From positions 131,965-195,964 of the forward strand of contig JAGOQE010000001.1 of assembly GCA_017991635.1 (NCBI GenBank): DNA of 64,000 nt, read 5' to 3'. Position numbers and translations under genes: made by a program. The stretch comes from Minisyncoccota bacterium. Its GTDB lineage: Bacteria > Patescibacteriota > Minisyncoccia > Phycocordibacterales > Phycocordibacteraceae. This document shows, piece after piece, positions 44,955 to 54,610 of this stretch; position 1 is the first letter of the stretch; every line of letters begins with the position of its first letter. Under the pieces are notes generated by a model. It ran no database searches. It worked only from the letters and a program-made list of their open reading frames with translations, and was not told where the DNA came from.

Positions 44955-45620
44955 ATGAAAGAACTAATTGCAGGAGTTGTCCTTATCCTCGTCGTTGGTA
45001 TCGCGGGATTTTTCTACAGGAACATTTTAGAACAGCCAGCACGAAAGCCAGTACAAACTGCGTGTACCGAAGAAGCGAGAGTGTGTCCAAATGGGCAGAC
45101 GGTGATGCGTGCAGGAGAGGCGTGTGCCTTTGCTCCATGTCCTGCCCCAAATATTGAGTTTTCAAACGTGGGACTTGCTCTAGTGCCTCCAGTAGGGTAT
45201 GTCGCAAACCCAAACGCACCTGGACCTGACACGACACTTCTTTTGGCTCTTGAGAAGCCGTCACACTCAGAAAGCGTTGCCCATGCTTTGGTGGTGCGCA
45301 CGCTTCCTATTCCTGAAGGTAAAACCGCTGAGTCAGTGATTATAGAAAATTCAATGAAGGAACCCTCAGGCATGCTTCCTGAGTCTATGGATGAGTTCTC
45401 ATCCCGTATTGCAGGCAACACGACATTTCGTTTTATAGTGCTCGAACGCTTTGAAGGCATTGTTCATAGTGCCTACTACGTAGTGCATAAGAATGCCGTG
45501 CTTAAGTTTGAAGTGCTTGAACATGATGTGGCTAACTGGACCGATCCAAGTCTTGTGGTTGAGTCTCTGCCAGAACACCAGGCACTCCTTGAAATGCTCT
45601 CTACGCTTTCTCTGTATTAG
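44955..45620 (+). CDS. Hypothetical membrane-anchored protein with Cys-rich segment
   Basis: N-terminal TM (LIAGVVLILVVGIAGFF). CTEEARVCPNGQTVMRAGEACAFAPCP. No known motif. Confidence 0.35.
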   Translation: MKELIAGVVLILVVGIAGFFYRNILEQPARKPVQTACTEEARVCPNGQTVMRAGEACAFAPCPAPNIEFSNVGLALVPPVGYVANPNAPGPDTTLLLALEKPSHSESVAHALVVRTLPIPEGKTAESVIIENSMKEPSGMLPESMDEFSSRIAGNTTFRFIVLERFEGIVHSAYYVVHKNAVLKFEVLEHDVANWTDPSLVVESLPEHQALLEMLSTLSLY

Positions 45621-46224
45621 TTTCCTTAAGGACCTGCACCATACGGTCGGTGAGCGCATCAAAAAGTTCCATCACCTCTGGAAGGTCTTTTGCGTACGTG
45701 GCCTTAAGTGTCTCTGATTGTTTTCGCTTGAATGGCTCAAAGGTAGAGGAGTCCGCGAAAGATGCGCCTCCATTCAAAATGTGCGCAATCGTAGGCATAC
45801 ACTTATCAAGTGCCTTAACGAACCGTGCTTCAGCACAGGATAAACTTTCGTATTCATGAATCATACGCGGAATGTACGGGAGCTCTTCACCAAGCTCGCG
45901 TTCTATTTGAAGAAGTGCCTCTTTTTCGCGTCGCGCCTTGTCTTCAAGAAGGGAATCACCTGCATGAAGACCAAACGTAGGAGTGTCTCCAGCATATGCT
46001 TCTACAAGGTCATGAATTAGAGCAAACTCGGCAACCTTGCCAACATCAAGGTGTGGGGCCATGCGTGACGCGTACGCAGTTGCTACAAGTCCAAGCATGA
46101 CAGTGTGGTCAGTGTCTGTCTCAACGGTTTTCTTGTCTGGGTAGAGAATAGCGCGCTCTACTTTTCCAAATAGGAATGAAAGTTTTCCGAGAGAAACTAC
46201 CGTATCAATAAGCTTCGGATTCAT
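45601..46224 (-). CDS. HD-domain phosphohydrolase (YfbR-like 5'-deoxynucleotidase family)
   Basis: HD motif region TDTDHTVMLGLVA...LIHDLVEAYAGDTP. About 200 aa, typical of YfbR-like HD hydrolases. Confidence 0.65.
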   Translation of the reverse strand: MNPKLIDTVVSLGKLSFLFGKVERAILYPDKKTVETDTDHTVMLGLVATAYASRMAPHLDVGKVAEFALIHDLVEAYAGDTPTFGLHAGDSLLEDKARREKEALLQIERELGEELPYIPRMIHEYESLSCAEARFVKALDKCMPTIAHILNGGASFADSSTFEPFKRKQSETLKATYAKDLPEVMELFDALTDRMVQVLKETNTEKA

Positions 46225-46262
46225 ACCCGAAGCTTAAGTCTATTAGTACTGGGCGTCTAGAC

Positions 46263-47075
46263 CTATCCTTCTTCGTGTAGATGGGTCTCAGCTTCGTGGG
46301 CACCCTCATCGTCATGATGTTCTCCTTCAATAAGAAGAAGTGAAGCCATGGCAAGAAGACCTACAAGGACAGAAACAATCTGAATGATGCTGTTCCGTAC
46401 CGCTTTCTGCTTGTGGAGTTCTGGTATGAGGTCAGTCATTGCGATGTAGATGAATCCACCCGCAGCAAAGGGAAGAAGAAATTCACTGATACTCTCGCTT
46501 TGTGATCCAAGCATAAGGGCAAGGCCCGCACCCACAAATGCTGCAAGAGCAGAGATGAAGTTGTAAAAGAGCGCTTTAGCCTTTGTGTAGCCGGCATGAA
46601 TAAGTACACCGTAGTCACCAATTTCTTGGGGAATCTCATGGAGAATGACAGCAAGTGTAGTGGCCACACCAATTTCAGGTGAAACCAAGAAGCTGGCACC
46701 GATAATAAGTCCGTCAATGAAATTGTGTACACCGTCTGAAATGAGTACCATTTTACCGACCGGGTGTGTCTCAGGTTCTATTCCTTCAAGACCGTGATGG
46801 TGGTGCCAGTGGAGAAACTTCTCAATAATAAGGAAGAGAAGAATTCCTACAATAATAAACGCTGAAGTCTGAAGAGGGTTTACGGATGTTTCATACGCCT
46901 CGGGAATAAGGTGCAGGAACGCATCACCAATGAGCGCACCCACAGCAAGTGAGACGAGGGCAAAGACAGAGACCTTTACCAAGGAGTCCTTCAAAGAGAG
47001 TGTCATGATACCCACGAGAGAGACTGCGCTTACAGCAAGAATACTCAAAAAGACAAATATATACGTCGAAATCAT
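46263..47075 (-). CDS. ZIP-family divalent metal (zinc) transporter
   Basis: Multi-TM. ZIP signature HEIPQEIGDYGVLIHAG, His-rich loop HWHHHHGLEGIEPETH. Start taken at internal Met (MISTYIF...). Confidence 0.75.
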   Translation of the reverse strand: MISTYIFVFLSILAVSAVSLVGIMTLSLKDSLVKVSVFALVSLAVGALIGDAFLHLIPEAYETSVNPLQTSAFIIVGILLFLIIEKFLHWHHHHGLEGIEPETHPVGKMVLISDGVHNFIDGLIIGASFLVSPEIGVATTLAVILHEIPQEIGDYGVLIHAGYTKAKALFYNFISALAAFVGAGLALMLGSQSESISEFLLPFAAGGFIYIAMTDLIPELHKQKAVRNSIIQIVSVLVGLLAMASLLLIEGEHHDDEGAHEAETHLHEEG

Positions 47076-47122
47076 AATTGGGTTGTTAGTGTTCACACAG
47101 CATACACCTAAATGCAAATTAT

Positions 47123-48289
47123 TTGCAAATGCATTTTGCGGGGTGCCTTGCGAGAGGGTATAGTGCTGTAATGATTCGCGGGCTTACTCTATCCCTTTTA
47201 TGTCTCTTGTGGATGCCGTCGGTAACGCATGGAGCGTTTGATGAATTACCTTTTTCAGAGACTGTGTTTAAAGCAAAAGTTCTTGCTGTGGGACAGGAAG
47301 GTACTCGAGAGATTCCACAAACAGGACTTACAGAGTCATATCAAGAATTAACGGTAGTCATCATTGAGGGGGATAGGGCAGGCGAAACAATTACCCTGGA
47401 AAATGATTCCCCAGTATCTCTCAAAGAAGGGTCACGGTTCTATCTTCACAGACTGCCCCCGATTGAAGACTCTCCAGAACTGTGGTCAGTGGGAGAACCA
47501 GATCGTTCAGGTGTGCTCACCATCTTGTTAGCACTGTTTGTGTTCACTGCTCTGGTGACTGCGGGTAGGGCAGGAGTGCGCGCCCTACTTGCGCTTGCTG
47601 TTAGTTTCGCGGGAATTATTTGGGGCCTTCTTCCGCTTCTGTACGCTGGGTGGTCTCCTGCAATTACAGCGCTCTTGATTGGAACACTAATTTTGGCGGT
47701 GAGTATGTTTATCACTCACGGCATAAATAAGGGTACCGTGGTTGCTCTTGTGGGGAGTGTGGCGGCGCTTATGGTTTCAGCACTCATAGCTCACCTTGCC
47801 GTATTGGCCGCAAATCTGTCTGGCTTTGTTTCTGATGAGACTGTGTTTTTGAACTTCGCAACTGATGGAGCCCTTAATCTACAGGGACTTCTACTTGGTG
47901 GAATTCTCGTGGGTATTATCGGTGTACTAAATGATGTAAGTGTCTCGCAGGTGCACACGGTCATTCAGCTACGGGAAGCAAATCCTTCAATATCAAGAAC
48001 GCAACTTTGGCAGACTTCTATGAAGGTCGGTCAAGAACACTTGGGCGCAGTTATTAATACGCTTCCACTTGCGTATGCGGGTGCTTCGCTTCCGCTCTTG
48101 CTTCTCTTTTCTACAAGTCCGGCCCCGTTCTCTTTCATAGTTAACCGAGAGATTTTTTCCGCTGAGGTGATACGGGCGCTTGCAGGAAGTATTGGTCTCA
48201 TGCTTTCCGGTGTAATTGCGACTGGGATTGCTGTCTTGGTGCTGTCAGAAAAGGGTCGTGGTACGATTACAAGACCAGTAAATAATTAG
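47123..48289 (+). CDS. YibE/F-family membrane protein
   Basis: N-terminal extracytoplasmic domain followed by 6+ TM helices with Gly-rich packing motifs, typical YibE/F architecture. Start may be the internal M at 47171. Confidence 0.5.
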   Translation: MQMHFAGCLARGYSAVMIRGLTLSLLCLLWMPSVTHGAFDELPFSETVFKAKVLAVGQEGTREIPQTGLTESYQELTVVIIEGDRAGETITLENDSPVSLKEGSRFYLHRLPPIEDSPELWSVGEPDRSGVLTILLALFVFTALVTAGRAGVRALLALAVSFAGIIWGLLPLLYAGWSPAITALLIGTLILAVSMFITHGINKGTVVALVGSVAALMVSALIAHLAVLAANLSGFVSDETVFLNFATDGALNLQGLLLGGILVGIIGVLNDVSVSQVHTVIQLREANPSISRTQLWQTSMKVGQEHLGAVINTLPLAYAGASLPLLLLFSTSPAPFSFIVNREIFSAEVIRALAGSIGLMLSGVIATGIAVLVLSEKGRGTITRPVNN

Positions 48290-48294
48290 AATGT

Positions 48295-49089
48295 ATGAAT
48301 GATTCCTTTGTAGATAAACTTATACAGGCAACAAAGCCCATGCGCTTTGCTGCGACCGGTGCCCTTATGGTTTTGGCACTCTTTCTCGCAGTTAAGGCCA
48401 TAGACGCCTTCGGCGAAATCGGCCGTCCTGACACTCCTGCGATGAATACCATCACTGTTTCTGGAGAAGGGAAGTCAACTGCAACACCTGATATTGCTAA
48501 GTTCACCTTCACTGTATTCGAGACCGCGCCTGTGATTAGTGATGCGCAGGCGAAAGCAACTGAGAAGACTAACGGAGCCCTTTCAGCGCTTACAGAGCTT
48601 GGAGTTAAGGAAGAAGACGTAAAGACCACTTCATCAAGTATCTCTCCTCAGTATGACTATGGTCAGCCTTGTTACCCAGGCATGGCGTGTCCAAACCAAA
48701 CACCAAAGATTTCTGGATACCAAGTTTCACACACGGTAGAAGTGACTGTGCGTGACATTACTAAGGCCGGCGAGGTGCTTTCAAAGCTCGGAGCTCTTGG
48801 AGTACAGAATGTGTACGGACCAGAGTTTACTCTTGATGACCCTGAAAAGGTTAAGGCTGAGGCACGTGCTGAGGCAATTGAGAAAGCACAGGCTCAGGCA
48901 AAGACCCTCGCCAAGGACCTCGGTGTTCGTCTTGGAAAGGTGGTGAGCTATTACGACAACTCAGCATACGGTCCTTACTACGGTATGGGTGGTATGGAGT
49001 ATGACAGCGTAAAGGCGAGTGCGCCTCAGCTTCCTCCTGGTGTGAGTGAATATAGTGCAAATATCTCAATTACGTACGAGATTCGTTAA
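48295..49089 (+). CDS. SIMPL-domain (DUF541) periplasmic protein
   Basis: N-terminal TM/signal. ITVSGEGKSTATPDIAKFTFTV... typical SIMPL/26 kDa periplasmic immunogenic protein start. C-terminal ...ANISITYEI. Confidence 0.6.
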   Translation: MNDSFVDKLIQATKPMRFAATGALMVLALFLAVKAIDAFGEIGRPDTPAMNTITVSGEGKSTATPDIAKFTFTVFETAPVISDAQAKATEKTNGALSALTELGVKEEDVKTTSSSISPQYDYGQPCYPGMACPNQTPKISGYQVSHTVEVTVRDITKAGEVLSKLGALGVQNVYGPEFTLDDPEKVKAEARAEAIEKAQAQAKTLAKDLGVRLGKVVSYYDNSAYGPYYGMGGMEYDSVKASAPQLPPGVSEYSANISITYEIR

Positions 49090-49108
49090 ATCACCAACAG
49101 ACAACGAA

Positions 49109-49200
49109 AAACCACAGCTCTCAGGCTGTGGTTTTTCGTTTGACAGTGTCTAGGCTGGGTAGTACAATACACAGGTACTAAAGGCCCGTAGGGCTTTTTT
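49109..49200 (+). terminator. Two tandem intrinsic terminators after SIMPL gene
   Basis: AAAAACCACAGCTCTCAGGCTGTGGTTTTTCGTTT (49109-49140) and AAAGGCCCGTAGGGCTTTTTTATTT (49175-49200). Confidence 0.75.
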
Positions 49201-49215
49201 ATTTAAACAAGCACT

Positions 49216-49401
49216 ATGCGAAACTTCATTTCCTATCTCAAGAATGTGCGCCAAGAGCTCAAGCACGTAGTATGGCCAAACAACAAGCAGGCACTGATGC
49301 ATGTGGCAATGATCGTACTCATTTCAGCATTTACGGCGCTCTTTATTGCCTTTCTTGATTACGGTCTTACGCAGGGTGTGAACTACCTCATTACTCGTTA
49401 A
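49216..49401 (+). CDS. secE: Preprotein translocase subunit SecE
   Basis: 61 aa. VRQELKHVVWPNNKQALMHVAMIVLISAFTALFIAFLDYGL: SecE signature + single TM. Followed by nusG. Confidence 0.85.
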   Translation: MRNFISYLKNVRQELKHVVWPNNKQALMHVAMIVLISAFTALFIAFLDYGLTQGVNYLITR

Positions 49402-49413
49402 CGAGCACTCTTT

Positions 49414-49983
49414 ATGGAAATGCGACAAGCACCAGAATTTTCACCAGATGCGGCTAATCAGGAACCACGCTGGTACACCATTCACACCTATGCAGGATAC
49501 GAGAATGCTGTTGAGCGTAACCTCAAACAGCGTATTGAGTCTCTTGGTATGGAGCACAAGATTTTCAGTGTCATCGTGCCAACCGAAAAGAAGATTCGCG
49601 TGAAAGGAGGTAAGCGTGTCGTAGAAGAAGAGAAAATCTACCCAGGATACATTCTTGTGAAGATGATTGTAGATGAGGATTCGTGGTTTGTGGTGCGTAA
49701 CACGCCCCGTGTTACCGGCTTTGTAGGTTCAGGAACTACACCTGTACCCATGGAAGAAAATGAGGTTGCAACCTTGATGAAGCGCATGGACCAGGAGGCT
49801 CCTAAGCACCGCATTGACCTTATGAAGGACGACCCTGTGGTGATCGCAGACGGCCCATTTAAGGACCTTGAGGGTAAAGTAGGGGATATTGATGAGGAAC
49901 GCGGCAAGGTAAAGGTCATGGTCGCCATGTTCGGCCGAGAGACTCCGGTGGAGCTCGACTTCTTGCAGGTAAGGAAACTCTAG
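49414..49983 (+). CDS. nusG: Transcription termination/antitermination factor NusG
   Basis: NGN domain (WYTIHTYAGYENAV...). KOW motif GPFKDLEGKVGDIDEERGKVKVMVAMFGRETPVELDF. Confidence 0.9.
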   Translation: MEMRQAPEFSPDAANQEPRWYTIHTYAGYENAVERNLKQRIESLGMEHKIFSVIVPTEKKIRVKGGKRVVEEEKIYPGYILVKMIVDEDSWFVVRNTPRVTGFVGSGTTPVPMEENEVATLMKRMDQEAPKHRIDLMKDDPVVIADGPFKDLEGKVGDIDEERGKVKVMVAMFGRETPVELDFLQVRKL

Positions 49984-50006
49984 CGTAGAGTCTTAAATAC
50001 ATTCAT

Positions 50007-50429
50007 ATGGCAAAGGCAGTAAAGAAAATTAAACTTCAGATTCCAGCAGGAAAGGCAACTCCGGCACCTCCAGTAGGTACCGTGCTTGGTCCTGCCGGCG
50101 TCAACATTGGTGATTTTGTTAATAAGTTCAACGAGGCAACCAAGGACCGTATGGGACAGATCGTTCCTGTAGACATGACTGTCTACGACGATCGTACCTT
50201 CACCTTCGTTCTTAAGGTTTCTCCTATGTCACGCCTTATTCTTAAGGAGGCAGGGGTAGAGAAGGGTTCAGGAAAGGCTCCGCTTAAGAAAGCTGGAACT
50301 CTTACTGATGCTCAGGTAGCAACCATTGCAGAAACTAAGATGCCTGACCTAAACGCAGGAAGCTTAGAAGCAGCAAAGCAGATGGTTCGCGGAACAGCTC
50401 GTTCCATGGGTATCGAGATTCGCGGATAG
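50007..50429 (+). CDS. rplK: 50S ribosomal protein L11
   Basis: [42 protein letters not shown]...: canonical L11. Confidence 0.9.
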   Translation: MAKAVKKIKLQIPAGKATPAPPVGTVLGPAGVNIGDFVNKFNEATKDRMGQIVPVDMTVYDDRTFTFVLKVSPMSRLILKEAGVEKGSGKAPLKKAGTLTDAQVATIAETKMPDLNAGSLEAAKQMVRGTARSMGIEIRG

Positions 50430-50439
50430 TATCCAAACA

Positions 50440-50478
50440 AACGAAAAACCTCCCAAAATGGATTTTGGGAGGTTTTTC
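50440..50478 (+). terminator. Intrinsic terminator after rplK (no rplA follows)
   Basis: AAAAACCTCCCAAAATGGATTTTGGGAGGTTTTTCGTTT: 11 bp stem + T-run. Confidence 0.75.
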
Positions 50479-50493
50479 GTTTAGAGTCATCAG

Positions 50494-51249
50494 ATGCGCG
50501 TGACCCCCATAAAGGTTGAGGTACGTAAGGCGCCCAAAGATTCACTCTTTGAGGCAATGCGTACCTCATCACTCAAACTTAAAGACGGAGATATAGTATG
50601 CGTTTCTTCAAAGGTTGTTTCTATTGATGAGGGGGCTTCTATTCCGTTTACACGGTCTGATAGAAACCGTCTTATAGAAGAAGAGAGTGATTGGTACTAC
50701 CAGGCACCAAAGACGTCTCGTTGGCGCACACTGTTTACCATCTCACGAGGCGTTATGGTCGGAGGAGCTGGTATAGATGAAAGTAATGGTAATGGACACT
50801 ATATCGTGTACCCGAAGCATCCTTTTAAGAGTGCCAAGCGGATTCGTCAGTGGTGTATGAAAGAGTACGGACTTACGACGCTTGCAGTTATTATCACAGA
50901 CTCTACTTCGACTCTACTTCGGCGTGGTGCCGTGGGGTTTGCGCTTGCGTGGGATGGAATGGATCCACTCCGTGACTATCGCGGAACACAAGATTTATTT
51001 GGAAGAAATTTTGTGATTGAACTTGCAAATCTCGTCGATGCCCTCGCTGCTTCAGCAGTGTTTGTTATGGGGGAGGGGAAGGAGCAGACGCCCATCGCAG
51101 TAATTGAAGGCGCGAAGGGTGTTGTGTTTAAAAATCGGTCACATAGAGTTGACCAACTTATGGTCGCTCCAGAAGACGATATTTTTGCGCCTTTATTCTG
51201 GAACAAAAAATGGAAACGAGGTGGCCGTTCTACGGGCGCTCAACAGTAA
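50494..51249 (+). CDS. CofE-family (F420-0:gamma-glutamyl ligase-like) protein
   Basis: Pattern ...GGAGIDESNGNG..., ...AVIITDSTSTLLRRGAVGFALAWDG..., ...RDYRGTQDLFGRNF...ALAASAVFVMGEGKEQTPIAVIEG matches the CofE/FbiB N-terminal domain family. Confidence 0.55.
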   Translation: MRVTPIKVEVRKAPKDSLFEAMRTSSLKLKDGDIVCVSSKVVSIDEGASIPFTRSDRNRLIEEESDWYYQAPKTSRWRTLFTISRGVMVGGAGIDESNGNGHYIVYPKHPFKSAKRIRQWCMKEYGLTTLAVIITDSTSTLLRRGAVGFALAWDGMDPLRDYRGTQDLFGRNFVIELANLVDALAASAVFVMGEGKEQTPIAVIEGAKGVVFKNRSHRVDQLMVAPEDDIFAPLFWNKKWKRGGRSTGAQQ

Positions 51250-51745
51250 TCCACCGATACGTGAGATCTTCAAACGAGTGGTGTTCATCTGATACTACGT
51301 GGGTGAACTCTTCTTCATACGCTGGGAAATACGCGTCACCGTCCTTCTCGTCATCAATCAAGGTGAGGTAGAGACGAGACACAAACGGCAGGGAGGCTTG
51401 ATAGAGTTCGGTACCTCCTCCAATAAATATTTCCTCAGAACCAGGAGCGTTCTTGGCATATGAAAGCGCTTCAGGAAATGAGTGAGCGATTTGCGCACCA
51501 GGTGCCTCGTATGTGGAGTCTCGTGTCACTACAATGTTTGTTCTTCCTGGAAGGGGACGGACTTTCTCCGGGAGGGACTCCCACGTCTTTCGTCCCATAA
51601 TAATTGGGTGACCTAGGGTGATTGCTTTGAAACGTTTAAGGTCTTCGGGTATGTGCCAGAGTAGCTCATTTTTACACCCAATAACGCGATTGTGTTGGTG
51701 ATCGCGCCCAATCGCTACGACAATACTAATTCTTGATTCCTTCAT
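51230..51745 (-). CDS. folA: Dihydrofolate reductase
   Basis: ISIVVAIGRDHQHNRVIGCKNELLWHIPEDLKRFKAITLGHPIIMGRKTWESLP...RPLPGRTNIVVTRD: canonical DHFR. Confidence 0.85.
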   Translation of the reverse strand: MKESRISIVVAIGRDHQHNRVIGCKNELLWHIPEDLKRFKAITLGHPIIMGRKTWESLPEKVRPLPGRTNIVVTRDSTYEAPGAQIAHSFPEALSYAKNAPGSEEIFIGGGTELYQASLPFVSRLYLTLIDDEKDGDAYFPAYEEEFTHVVSDEHHSFEDLTYRWITVERP

Positions 51746-51747
51746 TC

Positions 51748-52203
51748 CTATAGCTTACCAGAGCGAGCGTTCGTTACGTAAAATTCAAATTCTTTGTGTT
51801 CTTGGATATACACCCCAACAATATCTACAGGTTGGTCGTGAGGTAGGCGCGTTAAGGCTTCTGTGGAAAAGCGCTCACTGGTGCAGAGTCCGACACGAAG
51901 CCAATTAGAGGGAACTCTTGCAAGGTAGCGATCATACCAACCACCACCCTGACCGTGTCGCGTCCCTAAGGCGTCAAATTTTCGTCCAGGTAAGAATATG
52001 ACCACCTTCGATTCCTTCATGACTGTTAGAGAGCGTAGCGCCTCTTCTACAGGAGAGAGGGAAGGTCTGGGCGGGATGGTGTGCGTCTTTTTAAAAACGG
52101 CAGGAAAGAGGAGTGTCGGGTCAACTTCCGTACGCAGAGGGACGTACGTAATCAAGCCGTCATAGTGACGAAGAACACTTCCTATTTCTTTTTGCCGTGC
52201 CAC
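51748..52203 (-). CDS. 5-formyltetrahydrofolate cyclo-ligase family protein (short)
   Basis: VVIFLPGRKFDALGTRHGQGGGWYDRYLA...HDQPVDIVGVYIQ: MTHFS family signature (G.GGGYYDR.L; hD..vD.ivte). Confidence 0.65.
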   Translation of the reverse strand: MARQKEIGSVLRHYDGLITYVPLRTEVDPTLLFPAVFKKTHTIPPRPSLSPVEEALRSLTVMKESKVVIFLPGRKFDALGTRHGQGGGWYDRYLARVPSNWLRVGLCTSERFSTEALTRLPHDQPVDIVGVYIQEHKEFEFYVTNARSGKL

Positions 52204-52883
52204 GGCTGTACTTTCTTAATGTCTTTGTCTGCCCATAGGCGGGGAAGCATCATTTCAGGTTTCCAATCTTTCTTGAGATCCTTAAGGTTCGTTGAGGTTT
52301 GATATTTGCCTGTTGATGCGTAGTCAGTTGCGCGAATTGGTCCTGTCTCAAAAAAGACAATCTGGGCAATGCGACGACCGACAACGAGGGGAATAATGTA
52401 GTTCTTTGAGTTGTTGGTGATTTCCATCGTCCAACGATTAATGTAGCCAACATCACCCCAGCCAGCACACTTACACACTTCAATAAAATTGCGACCCATA
52501 GAGGAGCGTGCCTTCATCATGGTGGTGATGTGATCCTTGCCTCCAATAAATTCTTGTGTGTGTGCGAGAATTGTCTCGCCAGGTCGAAGCACAATTACCT
52601 TATCGTCAGGGTGAATACCGTTCCACTCAAAATTGTATTTTGAAAAAGCCTCTTTTGCTTTTACTGCGCGCTCTACTTTATCAGCGCCCCAGACGTGCTC
52701 CATGTGGTCTTTGTCCCAGATGTTGTAGAGACTGTGGTTTGCCTTTGTTGGCTGTTCCCTGAAAAACCATTCACCCAAGGTCACGTCGTAGCTGCTTGTT
52801 GCGAGCTGCTCTTCGCTAAATGGGTAAATAACCACAGAGCCCGCCTTCATCTCTTCAAGAATTCGTTTGTCAGATAGTGCCAT
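52182..52883 (-). CDS. dCTP deaminase-family protein (dUTPase superfamily)
   Basis: MALSDKRILEEMKAGSVVIYPFSEEQLATSSYDVTLG; ...KARSSMGRNF...; ...GWGDVGYINRWTMEITNNS: Dcd-like motifs. Adjacent to thyA. Confidence 0.65.
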   Translation of the reverse strand: MALSDKRILEEMKAGSVVIYPFSEEQLATSSYDVTLGEWFFREQPTKANHSLYNIWDKDHMEHVWGADKVERAVKAKEAFSKYNFEWNGIHPDDKVIVLRPGETILAHTQEFIGGKDHITTMMKARSSMGRNFIEVCKCAGWGDVGYINRWTMEITNNSKNYIIPLVVGRRIAQIVFFETGPIRATDYASTGKYQTSTNLKDLKKDWKPEMMLPRLWADKDIKKVQPWHGKKK

Positions 52884-52893
52884 AGTCCCCGGA

Positions 52894-53724
52894 TTATACC
52901 CCCATTGGTGCCTTTATTGCAGGGTGCGACTCATACGCTTCAAGCTTGATGTCATTCATGGTGAATGAATCTATATCTTTCACTTCTGGATTCAACCAAA
53001 GTTTAGCGAGAGGAAGGGGAGTGCGTGCTAATTGCTCGTTTACAGCATCAACGTGGTCGTCACAAATGTGTGCGTCATTGAGGGTAAGGATGAGTTCTTT
53101 CGGTTTCTTACCAGTAACTTGAGCTACCATCGATAGCAAGAGCGCATATGAGGCAATGTTGAATGGAACGCCGAGGAACATATCAGCACTACGCTGGACC
53201 ATGTGAAGTGAGAGGTTGTCACCCGCAACAAAGAATTGAAATAGCATGTGACATGGAGGGAGTGCCATCTGGTCTAGTTCGCCTGGATTCCAGGCTGTCA
53301 CAATGAGACGACGATCAGCAGGGTCGTTCTTGATTTTATCAATCACACGAGCGATTTGGTCCACAACAAGTCCGTCGGGTCCTTGCCACTTCCTCCACTG
53401 CACGCCATATATGCGTCCGAGGTCGCCAGGAAACTTTGCCTTTGGAAGCCAGTAGTCAGCCTCTGAGTTCGCGGTCCAGATAGTCTTGTCTGTTCCGTTA
53501 AGTTCCTTCAGACGGTTGTTATCACTTGAGCCTTCAAGAAACCAAAGGAGCTCACTTTTGACCGCCTTGAAAGCAAGTTTCTTTGTAGTGAGGGCAGGGA
53601 AGCCATCGTTAAGATCGCAACGCAATTGAACGGCAAATAGTGCCCGAGTGCCACCGTATCGTCCTTGTCTGTGGTCACCATGTTCCATAATGTTTTTAAG
53701 GGCGTCGAGGTAGGCTTGTTCCAT
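52894..53724 (-). CDS. thyA: Thymidylate synthase (ThyA, folate-dependent)
   Basis: MEQAYLDALKNIMEHGDHRQ...YGVQWRKW..., ...PPCHMLFQFFV (catalytic Cys). ORF-track start 53829 is an upstream extension overlapping tmk. Confidence 0.9.
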   Translation of the reverse strand: MEQAYLDALKNIMEHGDHRQGRYGGTRALFAVQLRCDLNDGFPALTTKKLAFKAVKSELLWFLEGSSDNNRLKELNGTDKTIWTANSEADYWLPKAKFPGDLGRIYGVQWRKWQGPDGLVVDQIARVIDKIKNDPADRRLIVTAWNPGELDQMALPPCHMLFQFFVAGDNLSLHMVQRSADMFLGVPFNIASYALLLSMVAQVTGKKPKELILTLNDAHICDDHVDAVNEQLARTPLPLAKLWLNPEVKDIDSFTMNDIKLEAYESHPAIKAPMGV

Positions 53725-53813
53725 AAGGTGAAGTATACCAAGGGCTAAAATCTCCGTCCCCAGGTAGATTTTCGGCCTAAGGGCTAAGTGGGGTAGAGTC
53801 AGAAAGGAAATAC

Positions 53814-54467
53814 ATGGAGCAAAAAACAATGACAGGGCATAAAGGCGTGTTCATAACTCTTGATGGGGGTGAAGGTGTCGGGAAAACTCGACAAAAGAAC
53901 CTCCTTATGGAGAAACTGCCCGCATTATATCCGGGCAGAGAGTTTGTTTTCTCTCGTGAGCCGGGGGGAACTCCGTACGCAGAAGAAATTCGAAATGTCA
54001 TTTTTTCCGAGAGTGCCAGAACGGCTGACGGAAAAACCATGTTTGGACTTTTTACTGCTGCCCGCATGGATCACGTGCGCAATCTCATCAAACCTTCTCT
54101 TGATGCGGGTAAAGTTGTGGTGTGTGATCGTTTCATGGCAGCGACCTATGCGTACCAAGTCTACGCGATGGAAAATCCGGCAACTGTCGCCGCGTTTCAG
54201 GTGCACGTTGCGGAACTTGCTGTTCGTCCGGATCTCACGCTCATTCTCAATATGGATCCTGAAGAAGCACTGCTTCGAGTGAAGCGTCGCGCAGGTGAGA
54301 TCACCCATTTCGATGAGCGTGAACTTGTCTTCCATCAGGGGCTTTGCAAAGGTTACGGTGCCTACGCAAAACTCTTTCCTGATACGACTGCGCTTGTTGA
54401 TGCGAGCCGTTCTGTCGAAGAAGTGGAGGCGGATATACACGCCCACATTAAGAAACTTTTGGGTTAA
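53814..54467 (+). CDS. tmk: Thymidylate kinase
   Basis: P-loop VFITLDGGEGVGKT, ...SREPGGTPYAEEIR..., DRF/LID region. 217 aa. Confidence 0.85.
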   Translation: MEQKTMTGHKGVFITLDGGEGVGKTRQKNLLMEKLPALYPGREFVFSREPGGTPYAEEIRNVIFSESARTADGKTMFGLFTAARMDHVRNLIKPSLDAGKVVVCDRFMAATYAYQVYAMENPATVAAFQVHVAELAVRPDLTLILNMDPEEALLRVKRRAGEITHFDERELVFHQGLCKGYGAYAKLFPDTTALVDASRSVEEVEADIHAHIKKLLG

Positions 54468-54610
54468 TTACCCAAAAACCCCAAGCGTTCTACAGCTACG
54501 CTTGGGGTTTTTGTCATATGAGAGGGAAGCGGTACTATAGAGATACTAAGGTACTACCATGAGACGCTGACCAACATCGCCCCCTATTTTATTTCGTAAG
54601 CAATTTCTCC

